From Nemertoderma westbladi (lineage: Eukaryota > Animalia > Xenacoelomorpha), in contig JAUCBJ010004840.1 of NCBI GenBank assembly GCA_032718475.1, positions 1 through 64,000 on the forward strand: 64,000 nt of DNA, in the 5' to 3' direction. Below the pieces are notes generated by a model, which ran no database searches, was not told the DNA's origin, and saw only the letters and a program-made list of their open reading frames with translations. The translations under genes and the position numbers were made by a program. Below are positions 26,275 to 39,680 of this stretch, piece by piece. Within the stretch, counting starts at the first letter, position 1; each line of letters opens with the position of its first letter.

Positions 26275-29200
26275 TGGATATAACTGCTAGAGTTACATGA
26301 CTTACCTTACTGACACCAGTCTCATTTGGGGTACAACTGCTAGAGTTACATAACTTACCTTACTGACACCAGTCTCCTTGGGGTACAACTGCTAGAGTTA
26401 CATAACTTACCTTACTGACACCAGTCTCCTTTGGGGTACAACTGCTAGAGTTACATAACTTACCTTACTGACACCAGTCTCCTTTGGGGTACAACTGCTA
26501 GAGTTACATAACTTACCTTACTGACACCAGTCTCATTTGGGGTACAACTGCTAGAGTTACATAACTTACCTTACTAACACCAGTCTCCTTTGGGGTACAA
26601 CTGCTCGAGTTACATAGCTTACCTTACTAACACCAGTCTCCTTTGGGGTACAACTGCTAGAGTTACATAACTTACCTTACTAACACCAGTCTCCTTTGGG
26701 GTACAACTGCTCGAGTTACATAACTTACCTTACTGACACCAGTCTCCTTTGGGGTACAACTGCTAGAGTTACATAACTTACCTTACTAACACCAGTCTCC
26801 TTTGGGGTACAACTGCTCGAGTTACATAACTTACCTTACTGACACCAGTCTCCTTTGGGGTACAACTGCTCGAGTTACATAGCTTACCTTACTGACACCA
26901 GTCTCCTTTGGGGTACAACTGCTAGAGTTACATAACTTACCTTACTAACACCAGTCTCCTTTGGGGTACAACTGCTAGAGTTACATAGCTTACCTTACTA
27001 ACACCAGTCTCCTTTGGGGTACAACTGCTAGAGTTACATAACTTACCTTACTGACACCAGTCTCATTTGGGGTACAACTGCTAGAGTTACATAACTTACC
27101 TTACTGACACCAGTCTCCTTTGGGGTACAACTGCTAGAGTTACATAACTTACCTTACTGACACCAGTCTCCTTTGGGGTACTGCTGCTAGAGTTACATAA
27201 CTTACCTTACTGACACCAGTCTCCTTTGGGGTACAACTGCTAGAGTTACATATCTTACCTTACTGACACCAGTCTCCTTTGGGGTACAACTGCTAGAGTT
27301 ACATAACTTACCTTACTGACACCAGTCTCATTTGGGGTACAACTGCTAGAGTTACATAACTTACCTTACTGACACCAGTCTCCTTTGGGGTACAACTGCT
27401 AGAGTTACATAACTTACCTTACTGACACCAGTCTCCTTTGGGGTACAACTGCTAGAGTTACATAACTTACCTTACTGACACCAGTCTCCTTTGGGGTACA
27501 ACTGCTAGAGTTACATAACTTACCTTACTAACACCAGTCTCCTTTGGGGTACAACTACTAGAGTTACATAACTTACCTTACTGACACCAGTCTCATTTGG
27601 GGTACAACTGCTAGAGTTACATAACTTACCTTACTGACACCAGTCTCCTTTGGGGTACAACTGCTAGAGTTACATAACTTACCTTACTGACACCAGTCTC
27701 CTTTGGGGTACAACTGCTAGAGTTACATAACTTACCTTACTGACACCAGTCTCCTTTGGGGTACAACTGCTAGAGTTACATAACTTACCTTACTGACACC
27801 AGTCTCCTTTGGGGTACAACTGCTACAGTTACATAACTTACCTTACTGGCACCAGTCTCCTTTGGGGTACAACTGCTAGAGTTACATAACTTACCTTACT
27901 GACACCAGTCTCCTTTGGGGTACAACTGCTAGAGTTACATAACTTACCTTACTGACACCAGTCTCATTTGGGGTACAACTGCTAGAGTTACATAACTTAC
28001 CTTACTGACACCAGTCTCCTTTGGGGTACAACTGCTAGAGTTACATAACTTACCTTACTGACACCAGTCTCCTTTGGGGTACAACTGCTAGAGTTACATA
28101 ACTTACCTTACTGACACCAGTCTCCTTTGGGGTACAACTGCTAGTTACATAACTTACCTTACTAACACCAGTCTCCTTTGGGGTACAACTGCTCGAGTTA
28201 CATAGCTTACCTTACTGACACCAGTCTCCTTTGGGGTACAACTGCTAGAGTTACATAACTTACCTTACTGACACCAGTCTCCTTTGGGGTACAACTGCTA
28301 GAGTTACATAACTTACCTTACTGACACCAGTCTCCTTTGGGGTACAACTGCTAGAGTTACATAACTTACCTTACTAACACCAGTCTCCTTTGGGGTACAA
28401 CTGCTAGAGTTACATAACTTACCTTACTGACACCAGTCTCCTTTGGGGTACAACTGCTCGAGTTACATAGCTTACCTTACTAACACCAGTCTCCTTTGGG
28501 GTACAACTGCTAGAGTTACATAACTTACCTTACTAACACCAGTCTCCTTTGGGGTACAACTGCTCGAGTTACATAGCTTACCTTACTGACACCAGTCTCC
28601 TTTGGGGTACAACTGCTAGAGTTACATAACTTACCTTACTGACACCAGTCTCCTTTGTGGTACAACTGCTAGAGTTACATAACTTACCTTACTGACACCA
28701 GTCTCCTTTGGGGTACAACTGCTAGAGTTACATAACTTACCTTACTGACACCAGTCTCCTTTGGGGTACTGCTGCTAGAGTTACATAACTTACCTTACTG
28801 ACACCAGTCTCCTTTGGGGTACAACTGCTAGAGTTACATTGGGGTACAACTGCTAGAGTTACATAACTTACCTTACTGACACCAGTCTCCTTTGGGGTAC
28901 AACTGCTACAGTTACATAACTTACCTTACTGACACCAGTCTCCTTTGGGGTACAACTGCTAGAGTTACATAACTTACCTTACTAACACCAGTCTCCTTTG
29001 GGGTACAACTGCTAGAGTTACATGACTTACCTTACTAGCACCAGTCTCCTTTGGGGTACAACTGCTAGAGTTACATGACTTACCTTACTAGCACCAGTCT
29101 CCTTTGGGGTACAACTGCTAGAGTTACATAACTTACCTTACTAACACCAGTCTCCTTTGGGGTACAACTGCTAGAGTTACATAACTTACCTTACTGGCAC

Positions 29201-32200
29201 CAGTCTCCTTTGGGGTACAACTGCTAGAGTTACATAACTTACCTTACTGACACCAGTCTCCTTTGGGGTGCAACTGCTCGAGTTACATAGCTTACCTTAC
29301 TAACACCAGTCTCCTTTGGGGTACAACTGCTAGAGTTACATAACTTACCTTACTGGCACCAGTCTCCTTTGGGGTACAACTGCTAGAGTTACATAACTTA
29401 CCTTACTGACACCAGTCTCCTTTGGGGTGCAACTGCTAGAGTTACATAACTTACCTTACTAACACCAGTCTCCTTTGGGGTACAACTGCTAGAGTTACAT
29501 AACTTACCTTACTAACACCAGTCTCCTTTGGGGTACAACTGCTAGAGTTACATGACTTACCTTACTGGCACCAGTCTCCTTTGGGGTACAACTGCTAGAG
29601 TTACATAACTTACCTTACTGACACCAGTCTCCTTTGGGGTACAACTGCTAGAGTTACATAACTTACCTTACTGACACCAGTCTCCTTTGGGGTACAACTG
29701 CTAGAGTTACATGACTTACCTTACTGGCACCAGTCTCCTTTGGGGTACAACTGCTAGAGTTACATAACTTACCTTACTGACACCAGTCTCCTTTGGGGTA
29801 CAACTGCTAGAGTTACATAACTTACCTTACTGACACCAGTCTCCTTTGGGGTACTGCTGCTAGAGTTACATAACTTACCTTACTGACACCAGTCTCCTTT
29901 GGGGTACAACTGCTAGAGTTACATAACTTACCTTACTGACACCAGTCTCCTTTGGGGTACAACTGCTAGAGTTACATAACTTACCTTACTGACACCAGTC
30001 TCCTTTGGGGTACAACTGCTAGAGTTACATAACTTACCTTACTAACACCAGTCTCCTTTGGGGTACAACTGCTAGAGTTACATAACTTACCTTACTGACA
30101 CCAGTCTCCTTTGGGGTACAACTGCTCGAGTTACATAACTTACCTTACTAACACCAGTCTCCTTTGGGGTACAACTGCTAGAGTTACATAACTTACCTTA
30201 CTAACACCAGTCTCCTTTGGGGTACAACTGCTAGAGTTACATAACTTACCTTACTGACACCAGTCTCCCTTGGGGTACAACTGCTAGAGTTACATAACTT
30301 ACCTTACTAACACCAGTCTCCTTTGGGGTACAACTGCTAGAGTTACATAACTTACCTTACTAACACCAGTCTCCTTTGGGGTACAACTGCTCGAGTTACA
30401 TAACTTACCTTACTGACACCAGTCTCCTTTGGGGTACAACTGCTAGAGTTACATAACTTACCTTACTAACATTTCATTTCATTTCATCATCCGAGATAGG
30501 GCTCGGCCCCTTTATTATAATTAAATAAAATATACAATAAAATTAGGTAATCTTAGATGCACCTAAATTTCAAAACAACACAGCACTGAGTAAAATGAAA
30601 ACGCTGAAAACCCAAAAATTCAAAACACTTAAACACAGCACTGAGTAAAATGAAAACGCTGATCAAGTCTACTTCAAGATCTAGTTAATCTACAAGCCCT
30701 TATAATAAAAGCACTTGAGTACCATTTGCATCCATCCTGAAATACAAGCCCCCATCGAAAGCACCCAGTCTAAAGGCTAAGTGGTTGATCTGTCACACCT
30801 GAAGTCGATAAAGCTCTTGAATACACTCCCTCCTGACCGATAATTGCGTACCAGTTTTATAGAGCATGTTAGTGATATATAGGACGCGCTTTTGAAACTG
30901 CCTGTAACTTTGCACCACTCCCAGTGTGTATGCTTTCTGATTTGCCCATATCTGCTCGTGCTGAGAATGGGCATATTACATAATGTGTCTTCTTAAAATT
31001 GATGACCAGGTCATGCTCTTTAAAGTATTGTTCACATAAGTATAGCATCTTCTGAATATCAGTTCCCATGTTAGCTAGGAGTAGGACATCATCGGCATAG
31101 CCTAAGATTGAGTATGCTTCCCTATTTATATGCAGCCCAAAACCTGCTGATTCAATAAGGTTGAACAAGTCATCAAGATATATGTTAAAGAGGATTGATG
31201 ATAAGACACCACCTTGTCTTACTCCACGTCGTAGTGGTATTGGTTTCCTTGAGATACTGTTACCTATCCTCATCAATGCTACAGATTGGCTATAGTAGGA
31301 GCATAGTGTTCGAATGATTCTTACATCAAGAGTAGTTTCTGCTAATTTTGTCATTAGTTTCTCGTATGAGACAGAATCAAATGCGCTTGTCAAATCAAGT
31401 GAAACCATGTAGACATTTGAACCCCCTTCATTGAAGTACCGGATCAGATTTGTTGCTACTGCATATGATATCTCTGTACTTAGTTTTGATTTGTATCCCA
31501 TTTGTAGGTTACTCGTTTTTATGTTACGGACCTTTTCTGAGACCAGAATCTCCCACACTTTCGCCAAGATTGAAATAATCGAGACACCTCTATAACTCCC
31601 TGTCTGATGCTTGTCTCGATCCTCACTTTTGAGAAGCGGCATCAGAATGCTTGTACATAAACATTTGGGAAAGTAGCCAGTGGCCATTATATCATTATAT
31701 AAATCTGCTAGGAACCCATGGAGCTCATTTGACCGACTGTAAAGGAGATGTTCGGCCTTAAGAGAATTGCTATCTGACGCTTTGCCGAAATGCTGACGCT
31801 TTGGGGTACAACTGCTAGAGTTACATAACTTACCTTACTGACACCAGTCTCCTTTGGGGTACAACTGCTAGAGTTACATAACTTACCTTACTAACACCAG
31901 TCTCCTTTGGGGTACAACTGCTAGAGTTACATAACTTACCTTACTAACACCAGTCTCCTTTGGGGTACAACTGCTACAGTTACATAACTTACCTTACTAA
32001 CACCAGTCTCCTTTGGGGTACAACTGCTACAGTTACATAACTTACCTTACTGACACCAGTCTCCTTTGGGGTACAACTGCTAGAGTTACATAACTTACCT
32101 TACTGACACCAGTCTCCTTTGGGGTACAACTGCTAGAGTTACATGACTTACCTTACTGACACCGTCTCCTTTGGGGTACAACTGCTACAGTTACATAACT

Positions 32201-32980
32201 TACCTTACTGACACCAGTCTCCTTTGGGGTACAACTGCTAGAGTTACATAACTTACCTTACTGACACCAGTCTCCTTTGGGGTACAACTGCTAGAGTTAC
32301 ATAACTTACCTTACTGACACCGTCTCCTTTGGGGTACTGCTGCTAGAGTTACATAACTTACCTTACTGACACCAGTCTCCTTTGGGGTACAACTGCTAGA
32401 GTTACATAACTTACCTTACTGACACCAGTCTCCTTTGGGGTACAACTGCTAGAGTTACATAACTTACCTTACTGACACCAGTCTCCTTTGGGGTACAACT
32501 GCTAGAGTTACATAACTTACCTTACTGACACCAGTCTCCTTTGGGGTACAACTGCTAGAGTTACATAACTTACCTTACTGACACCAGTCTCCTTTGGGGT
32601 ACAACTGCTAGAGTTACATAACTTACCTTACTGACACCAGTCTCCTTTGGGGTACAACTGCTAGAGTTACATAACTTACCTTACTGACACCAGTCTCCTT
32701 TGGGGTACAACTGCTAGTTACATGACTTACCTTACTGACACCGTCTCCTTTGGGGTACTGCTGCTAGAGTTACATAACTTACCTTACTGACACCAGTCTC
32801 CTTTGGGGTACAACTGCTAGAGTTACATAACTTACCTTACTGACACCAGTCTCCTTTGGGGTACAACTACTAGAGTTACATGACTTACCTTACTGACACC
32901 AGTCTCCTTTGGGGTACAACTACTAGAGTTACATGACTTACCTTACTGACACCAGTCTCCTTTGGGGTACTGCTAGTTAC
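26275..32980 (-). repeat. 53-bp tandem array (~100 copies) made from the exon 4 end plus its GTAAGT donor, interrupted by a LINE fragment
   Basis: Minus-strand unit GTAACTCTAGCAGTTGTACCCCAAAGGAGACTGGTGTCAGTAAG|GTAAGTTAT matches the exon 4 end GTAACTAGCAGTACCCCAAAGGAGACTGGTGTCAGTAAG|GTAAGT. Confidence 0.95.
30471..31798 (-). mobile_element. 5'-truncated non-LTR retrotransposon (RTE-X-like reverse transcriptase fragment)
   Basis: ORF 30869-31687 has SLDLTSAFDSV, GVRQGGVLSSILFNIYLDDL and GYADD. It ends in a (TGAAA)n 3' tail at 30471-30487. No TSD is visible. The clade call is from motif resemblance. Confidence 0.88.
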
Positions 32981-33054
32981 TTTCACAGCTTCTTGTATTG
33001 ACTCTGAAGAATCAACTTTAGCAACACGAACTCTCATTGTTTTTCGAGCATAAA
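32942..33054 (-). CDS. RS/SP-rich tail-anchored membrane protein, exon 4
   Basis: TTTAG acceptor, 113 nt, phase 1/0, VYARKTMRVRVAKV...KVTSSTPKETGVSK, AAG|GTAAGT donor. Confidence 0.78.
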
Positions 33055-33373
33055 CTAAATATAAAATAATAAATAACTAATAACGATATAACTAATCTTG
33101 TGATACAAACAACAATGTGAATGATTGAACTGAAACAATTATTCGTGTATAAATGGTATGCATTGCGCTATACAAATGCATCACACAAAATATCAAATTA
33201 TAAATAAACAATTGAAATTATATAAAGTTAAACAATCACTCAAAAAACGCACATTAATATTAATTCCAACAAAACTGCTATTGTCAGTGGTTTATATAAT
33301 GCACAGCAGTTTAAGGAACATGAAGTTTCTTAAAGTTGCGGCAATGACGCGCTCATGTTCCTGGTTGACCAAC

Positions 33374-33520
33374 CTTTAGGAGACATATCGCCTTTACCAA
33401 CTTCAGGGGTTTTCGATCGGGTAGAACCCTTTGCCTTTACGACTTTCTCTCTGGCTGGACTCTTTGAGACAGACCGTGAAGGAGACTGTGATGGAGTCTT
33501 CGGTTTCCTGCTAGTTCGGC
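33374..33520 (-). CDS. RS/SP-rich tail-anchored membrane protein, exon 3
   Basis: Pyrimidine tract + AAG acceptor, 147 nt, phase 1/1, GRTSRKPKTPSQSPSRSVSKSPAREK...MSPK, GTTGGT donor. Confidence 0.75.
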
Positions 33521-34321
33521 CTTCAGAAGGAATAAAAAGGAAGAGTTACTTGATAGTAACTAAAGGCCTTCGCATTTGCTGAATTTGCATTACATTCAAA
33601 ACATATTATCACACGAAATTTTTATTCGGGTGGAGGTTTTGGATGTAAATTTTAAACGCCATCGGAATTTATTTACAAAGGAATTCAATTTTTCGGGATA
33701 ATATTTTCCCTGAGATTGCTATTTATTTAGATCGCGTCCTGTTTGAACACTAGAATAAGGTATAAATAATACAGGCCCTGGTAGTTTATATCAATGCTGG
33801 GCCAAACTGGGTGGTTAAATATGTTTACAGTTTGTACAGGGATTAATTTATTTGAATTTTTAGGTCCCTGAAGTGAGATATCTATCAACCACTCCGTTTG
33901 TTGTTGAATTCTATTCTAAAAAAGTTAATGTAGCTGATGAGCCAAATCCCGGCGAAACACAAGCAAAAATGTAACTAAATAAATAATATTTGACCCTTAT
34001 TATTATATAATCTATGAAAACGTTTCCAGAACAATATTAAAGGGTTACGTTAAACCCGAAAATTTTAAAATAGTAACTGTTTTTAAGTAACTTTTTAAGT
34101 GCTTTATATATTTATTTAATATATTTATATTAATTAAAGGAAATATTAATTGGTAAACCACCTGACACATGTTACCTATAAGGTATAACCGACTAGCGAT
34201 TACCTTACTGCCTTAATACAGTAAGTAATAGGCCCACGCAACTATCCAAAATAATATATCAAGTAATTTCCTAGATTAGCTGCCCTAAAGTCAAGCCCCC
34301 ACATTGGTGGCAATGACTAAC

Positions 34322-34483
34322 CTTTTTTATCAGGGGTCCGTGATGGACTGGTGTCGACAGCCTTCTCTCGAGACGGACTCTTTTTACCACGAGACGGACT
34401 CTTTTTACCACGAGAAGGACTCTTTTTACCTCGCGATGGACTTTTTGACCTGGAAGATTCCGCTTTCGATTTGACTGATCGGC
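34322..34483 (-). CDS. RS/SP-rich tail-anchored membrane protein, exon 2
   Basis: TTACAG acceptor, 162 nt, phase 1/1, KSPSR(GKKSPSR)x3 encoded with synonymous variation, GTTAGT donor. Confidence 0.8.
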
Positions 34484-35034
34484 CTGTAAGTATTGAGTGT
34501 TTAAAAGTAGGTGGGACAATTAACAAACAAAGTAGTTTTATTTAAGATGTCATGGGTTACACCACTTACACCGGCAGACCGGAATGCTACAAAATTCTGC
34601 ATTCGGCAGTTCGGGACGTGGCCTACGCCAGTACGCCTACCGCGACCGCGCTACAGGTAGGACTGTAGGTAGGAAGGTCGCAGGTATGCGTATGCCTACA
34701 GCCTATGCTGCGGTACCGTGTAGGCCTAACATGCCTAACCTAAATGTTAAAAAAATGTTTTCAGTTTCACAATCCTGCAATCGGACTTACCATACCAGTA
34801 CAGCAGTATCGTAGACAAAGCTTTTCACTTTTAATCAACAACTGAACAAACTGCCTGATTGCGGTAGTACGTAGTACGCGTATCTGCGTATTGCTACTGC
34901 TACAGCACCTAGCTAGCTGCTGCTAGCTCTGTCAGTCAGTAGCTATACCCTGCTGCCCTGATACCAGTAAACAGCTATACATACATAGCCTCAATCAGTC
35001 AATTCAGTTGTTCAGTCAGGCTGTAATGTGTAAT

Positions 35035-35569
35035 CAGTCCGGGAGAAGTTCAAATTTCGACTGAGTTGAAATTTAAAACTTTTTTTTTTAAATTCAACTT
35101 TTAAGTTGTAAATTCAACTCTAAAATGGCAGGACTGCAGGAGGCACAGAAGGCCCTCAAGACGTGACAGAAGGGGTGTTTTTATTGTTTTTACAGTTTTA
35201 TGGGTGTAACTCGAAAAATTAACCCTCATTGCCGATGGAATAAAAACTTTCACCGTCGGGAACTCTTTTTTTAAAACATTTTAAGTGATTACATTTGCAA
35301 ATTAGCTGAAATACTACGGGAATTTATTAGATGTATTTAATTACCGCTGACTGGCTGAATGTCATAATTATTAGGGTTATCAGCCTATACAATGGAATAC
35401 CAGTAATGGATTCCAATTCCATATTTCAGTATTTCCAAAGCTACCGTACTCCAAAAGTTGAATTTTAAAAAAAAGTTGAATTTTAAACTCTAGCCTATTC
35501 CAAAAGGTGAATTTTAAAAAATAAAGTTGAAATTTCAACTCAGTTGAAAATAGAACTTCTCCCCGACTG
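35035..35569. mobile_element. MITE with CAG termini and a 5-bp TSD, in intron 1 of the RS/SP gene
   Basis: GTAAT|CAGTCCGGGAGAAGTTC ... GAACTTCTCCCCGACTG|GTAAT, with subterminal AGTTGAA repeats. Confidence 0.75.
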
Positions 35570-35623
35570 GTAATTGCAAGCTAAATATTGCTGTATTGTC
35601 AGCCAGCCGGCAGTTCAACTCAC

Positions 35624-35750
35624 CAACAGACACAGATCTTGAGCGACTTTTCTTCGATTTCGTGATCGTAATACTAGGCGACCGCGAGCGACCGCGCGAT
35701 ATTTCCATAACTTCAGTTTTCAGTGGCGCAGAAGCTCGTTTTCTGGGCAT
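35624..35750 (-). CDS. RS/SP-rich tail-anchored membrane protein, exon 1
   Basis: ATG at 35750, MPRKRASAP...SRGRSRSPS...KSRSRSVSV, 127 nt, G|GTGAGT donor (phase 1). Confidence 0.75.
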
Positions 35751-37534
35751 CTTTAATTATCTGATTATTGTTCTTCTTTCAGTCTTTACTGACAGATTGC
35801 TGAGATTGGTACTTACCGGTACGACAATGACGTACAGACAGTTTGTCAGAGATACGGCGATTCGACACGGATTGAGACTGCAAGATCAGAAGACTGGAAG
35901 CCTACAGGCCTAGCTGGCTTATCAGAAGATGGAAGATGAGAGAAAGTCAATAGCTGCAGAGCTGAATAGGCTGATAGGACTTAGCAGAACATGCAGAATA
36001 CAGGAATAGGCTTCTAGCTGCTAGCATAGGCTGTAGGCTGACTGGCTGATACAGTGATAGACAGATAGGTACCGGTCTGCCGGTACGGTCAGACGGTAGG
36101 TAGGCCTACGGAACTCTGTACCGGTAGAAACTCAGCCTGTCAGCCTGTACCCAGGTACCGGTATGTGTACGGCAGTACTGCAGTAGGCCTATCGTCTGGC
36201 CGTAGGCTACGGCTACGGCATACGGCAGTACTGCAGTACGGTGTGGGTGTGGGTGGCGTAACAATCAGACAATCTGACAGTGCAACACTCAGCAATCAGC
36301 ATAGGCCTATTGCAGTATTCAGGTATTGGGCCCTACCGTACCGGTACCGGTACTACTGCGGAGTGCGGACTGCCGTCCCGTCGTACGGTACAGCCGTATG
36401 CTAGGCCTATATGCCTTGCCAGTTCGCTGAGGTTAACACCTGGTCGCACAGGCAGACAAAGGTACCGGTACCAATACTGCACCACCACTACAGCAGTAGA
36501 CATAGACATACCGGTACAAAAATACAAAATGCTGAAAGGTAGGATGACAGGTACTACCGGTACCACAACTGAATTAGGTATAAATATGTGAAGGAGGAAT
36601 AATAAACACAACATTTTAAACTTTTGGCGCCAAATTCCTTTACTGAAAGGAAAGTCAGGGAGAGTAAAATACAGGGCTTTATGTACTTACATGATGGCCT
36701 TGTTTAGGACTGTAGGAGGCCATCGTGGTCGTCGTTTTTCGTTTTAACTAAAGTTTGTATTCATATTGGATATTGATATATATACTCATCGTATTATCTG
36801 TATTATCTTATTTTATATGATTGATCCATGTCTATCTATTGTCAGTATGTGTTTCATAACGCGAATTGGCGTCGCGTATTTAATTCAATTCAATTCATTT
36901 TTGTATTCCCAAACATACGGAAGCCCATACACGGAAGCCCATACAGAACATAAACAGATAAATATAAGCACATTTATAACAATGCATAAGCGCATTTACA
37001 ATAACGCAAAAGCAAATTTACAATCATGCATAGTACTGTACATTTCGAATAATGCATATAATAGAAAATACATCAATCAAATTGGTGATGAAAAAGGGTA
37101 GCAGCCAATATAAAAGCTAGTCGATGGCTGCTGCATTTAGGGGATGGGATAGGGGAAAAGGGGATGCGGCTAATAATGATGGGGGGGGGGGGGGGCATTT
37201 AAATTTTATATTTTTATATGTAAATATGCGTTCAAGACCTTCAGTGAAACGTAGTGGTTGGTACAAACCACGATTCCGGTGACGATCAACATGGAAAGTG
37301 TAAAGAATTAAGTACAGTATAAATAATTATTATGCAAGAAGAGACTGCTTGATTTTATTGGAAAATGTTTTCTTTGTTGGCGAAAGTTCTGGCCGATTTA
37401 GTTCCAAATAACTGGGCTATGGTATTGTATTGACTGTTTATCAACCATTATTAGTCTAATTGCAGGAATGTACCCGATTATTTAGAGCAGCAGTAGTTCC
37501 AGTACTCCTCTCTAACTGCTGAGGACACGAAATC

Positions 37535-37695
37535 TCTATGGATGGCACGTTCACAAGAATGCTACGCCGGGTTCACTGTGTCAAGTACAATGCACACATT
37601 TCGAACCAGACACTATATAACATTGGAGGTGTCTCATAGGTTCCCCAAAGGTTGACACTAGAACAAAGCCGCCTCCGCTTTGCAGGACATTACTG
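37535..37695 (+). mobile_element. Degenerate RTE-clade LINE 3' fragment
   Basis: Translates to MDGTFTRMLRRV...HISNQTLY ... SRLRFAGH, typical of the post-RT region of RTE elements. Confidence 0.65.
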
Positions 37696-39680
37696 TATTA
37701 CACTGTAGAAATGTAGAAGGCAGGTGTAAATTCGCTTTCCACATATTACTTCAGAAAAGGGAAATTATTCAGATTTTATCAACTTTTTCAAAGAGTAAAT
37801 CACTTCTTAAAAATCAGGTCATTTTTCTTATCATATTCTAAATGAAAAAACAGTCCATCTGTCGTTTAGACTGATATAAAATATAATATAAGATTTATAT
37901 TATAAATCATCATAGTCTAGAAATGTTGGGTGTATATGTGTTTAACATCAACATTATGGCCTTACTGATTGGTAAATTAGTGACAGTCAAAATTTTACTA
38001 AACGTACGAGTAACTACACCAAACAATCTGCCTTGTCGAACTAGGATTACCAGAAATAAGTGCAAAAATAAAAAGTTCAATGGTTAGACTATTGAAAACC
38101 TGGGATATTAATGACCCGGTATATATTATTTACAATATGTGTAAGAAAGTTGAATTTATATTTGGAAAATCTTATTAATACGAATAGAAATGATTTTGTG
38201 CATTGTAATATATTTTGTTTGAAGGACTCCAATAGAGAAAGAGAGATGGCTCTAAAAATAAAACATATCTTGACATAAACCCTAATCTATCCGTGCATTC
38301 AATTTATAGTGAATCAATTAATTTTATTCCAGATAGTAAGCGCGTAAATTTTAGCAGATTTCGGTTAAGCTCGCACCGTCTACGTATAGAAATGGGCCGT
38401 TGGACCCGCATGCCAAGTAGTGATCGTGTTTGTAATTGAGATGGTAATACAGTACAGAATGAACATCATATGAAATTTTAACGTGGCCTAAAACTGCCTT
38501 TATAAGAAGCAAGTATCGGTATACAGTAGTATTAATTGTACACTGCATTTGTATGTTCGATTTTATGGCTCAGTTTTCTAATAATATAATAGTAAGTGTA
38601 ATTACAGAATGTATAGAAGTGCTCGATAATTAGAACTTTAAGAAGAAGTAAATTTATTAGTATTAAGTTGGACTGTATTAATGTTGGGTTGTCGCAATAG
38701 TTATTATATATGTATGTAACTGTAAATATTTATTTACTTGATTTAAATGGGAAGATGTGGTCAATAAATATATTTATATATCAGCGAATACCTAGACTAA
38801 ACCAGGTCCAACCAGTTGGCGTTTTAAAGGCATTTATTTTTTATGAATACACCATAAAAAAACTGTTTCAAGTGGGTCTCCCAGTTTTTAAAGCTTTTAT
38901 AATTTATTTCGTTGCCGAGACACATTTAAACTATTTTGGTATAAAACAAGACAACGATTTGCAAAAGTGATTAAGGTCTCCGATATTTAGTCAAACTTAT
39001 TCGCAAGAATGCTCATATAGCATGATGGTCTGAACATGGCCTAGGTCGGAAGGACGCATCGACATCTCACAAGAAATAGGTATTGTTAAAATTGCTAGGA
39101 AACGATATAAACAATATCCTATGTCAGTGAAGAAATGATTACAGCTTTTGCAGTATACCTACCGGTACCGGTATAATTCGTAACATATTTTAGATTAGAT
39201 AAGAAAATGTAAAATTACCTGTGAAAGTAAAACACGAAACACCGAAGGCAACCCATAGGTTCCTCTCTAATTTGGCTATTACGTGTAAGGTAGGGTGTGC
39301 ACCACTGCCACACTAACTCCCAAGGTGACTCTCTCAACCCTTTTCTTGCTACCCCACCAAAATCATGGCTGCATGGTTCCAATTGTACCGCTGGGTTTTC
39401 GTAGGTGCCAACGTAATTTTTGTAACGTAACGTGCTGGTAGGGACACAACAGTGGCGGTGATCAAAGTTACCATTAATTTATTATAGCAGTACAGGCCAA
39501 CACTGATACAGAAAAATGTTGGCCTATAGGCCTACCTTTCTTTAAGAAGTCCTAATAGGCCAACTAATATACATCCTAATAGGCTAACCTCTGTCAGTAC
39601 GGTATGTAATTGGTTGCTTGATTTTATTTTATTTCAAACTAACAAATTTCTCGTTGCGGAGTGGCACATCGCTTTTCACA

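Noticed and set aside
26275-32980. CRISPR-like array beside a reverse transcriptase (retron/DGR/RT-CRISPR idea)
   Set aside because: The units are head-to-tail with no unique spacers, there are no cas genes, the context is a eukaryotic intron, and the RT is a truncated non-LTR retrotransposon with a microsatellite tail.
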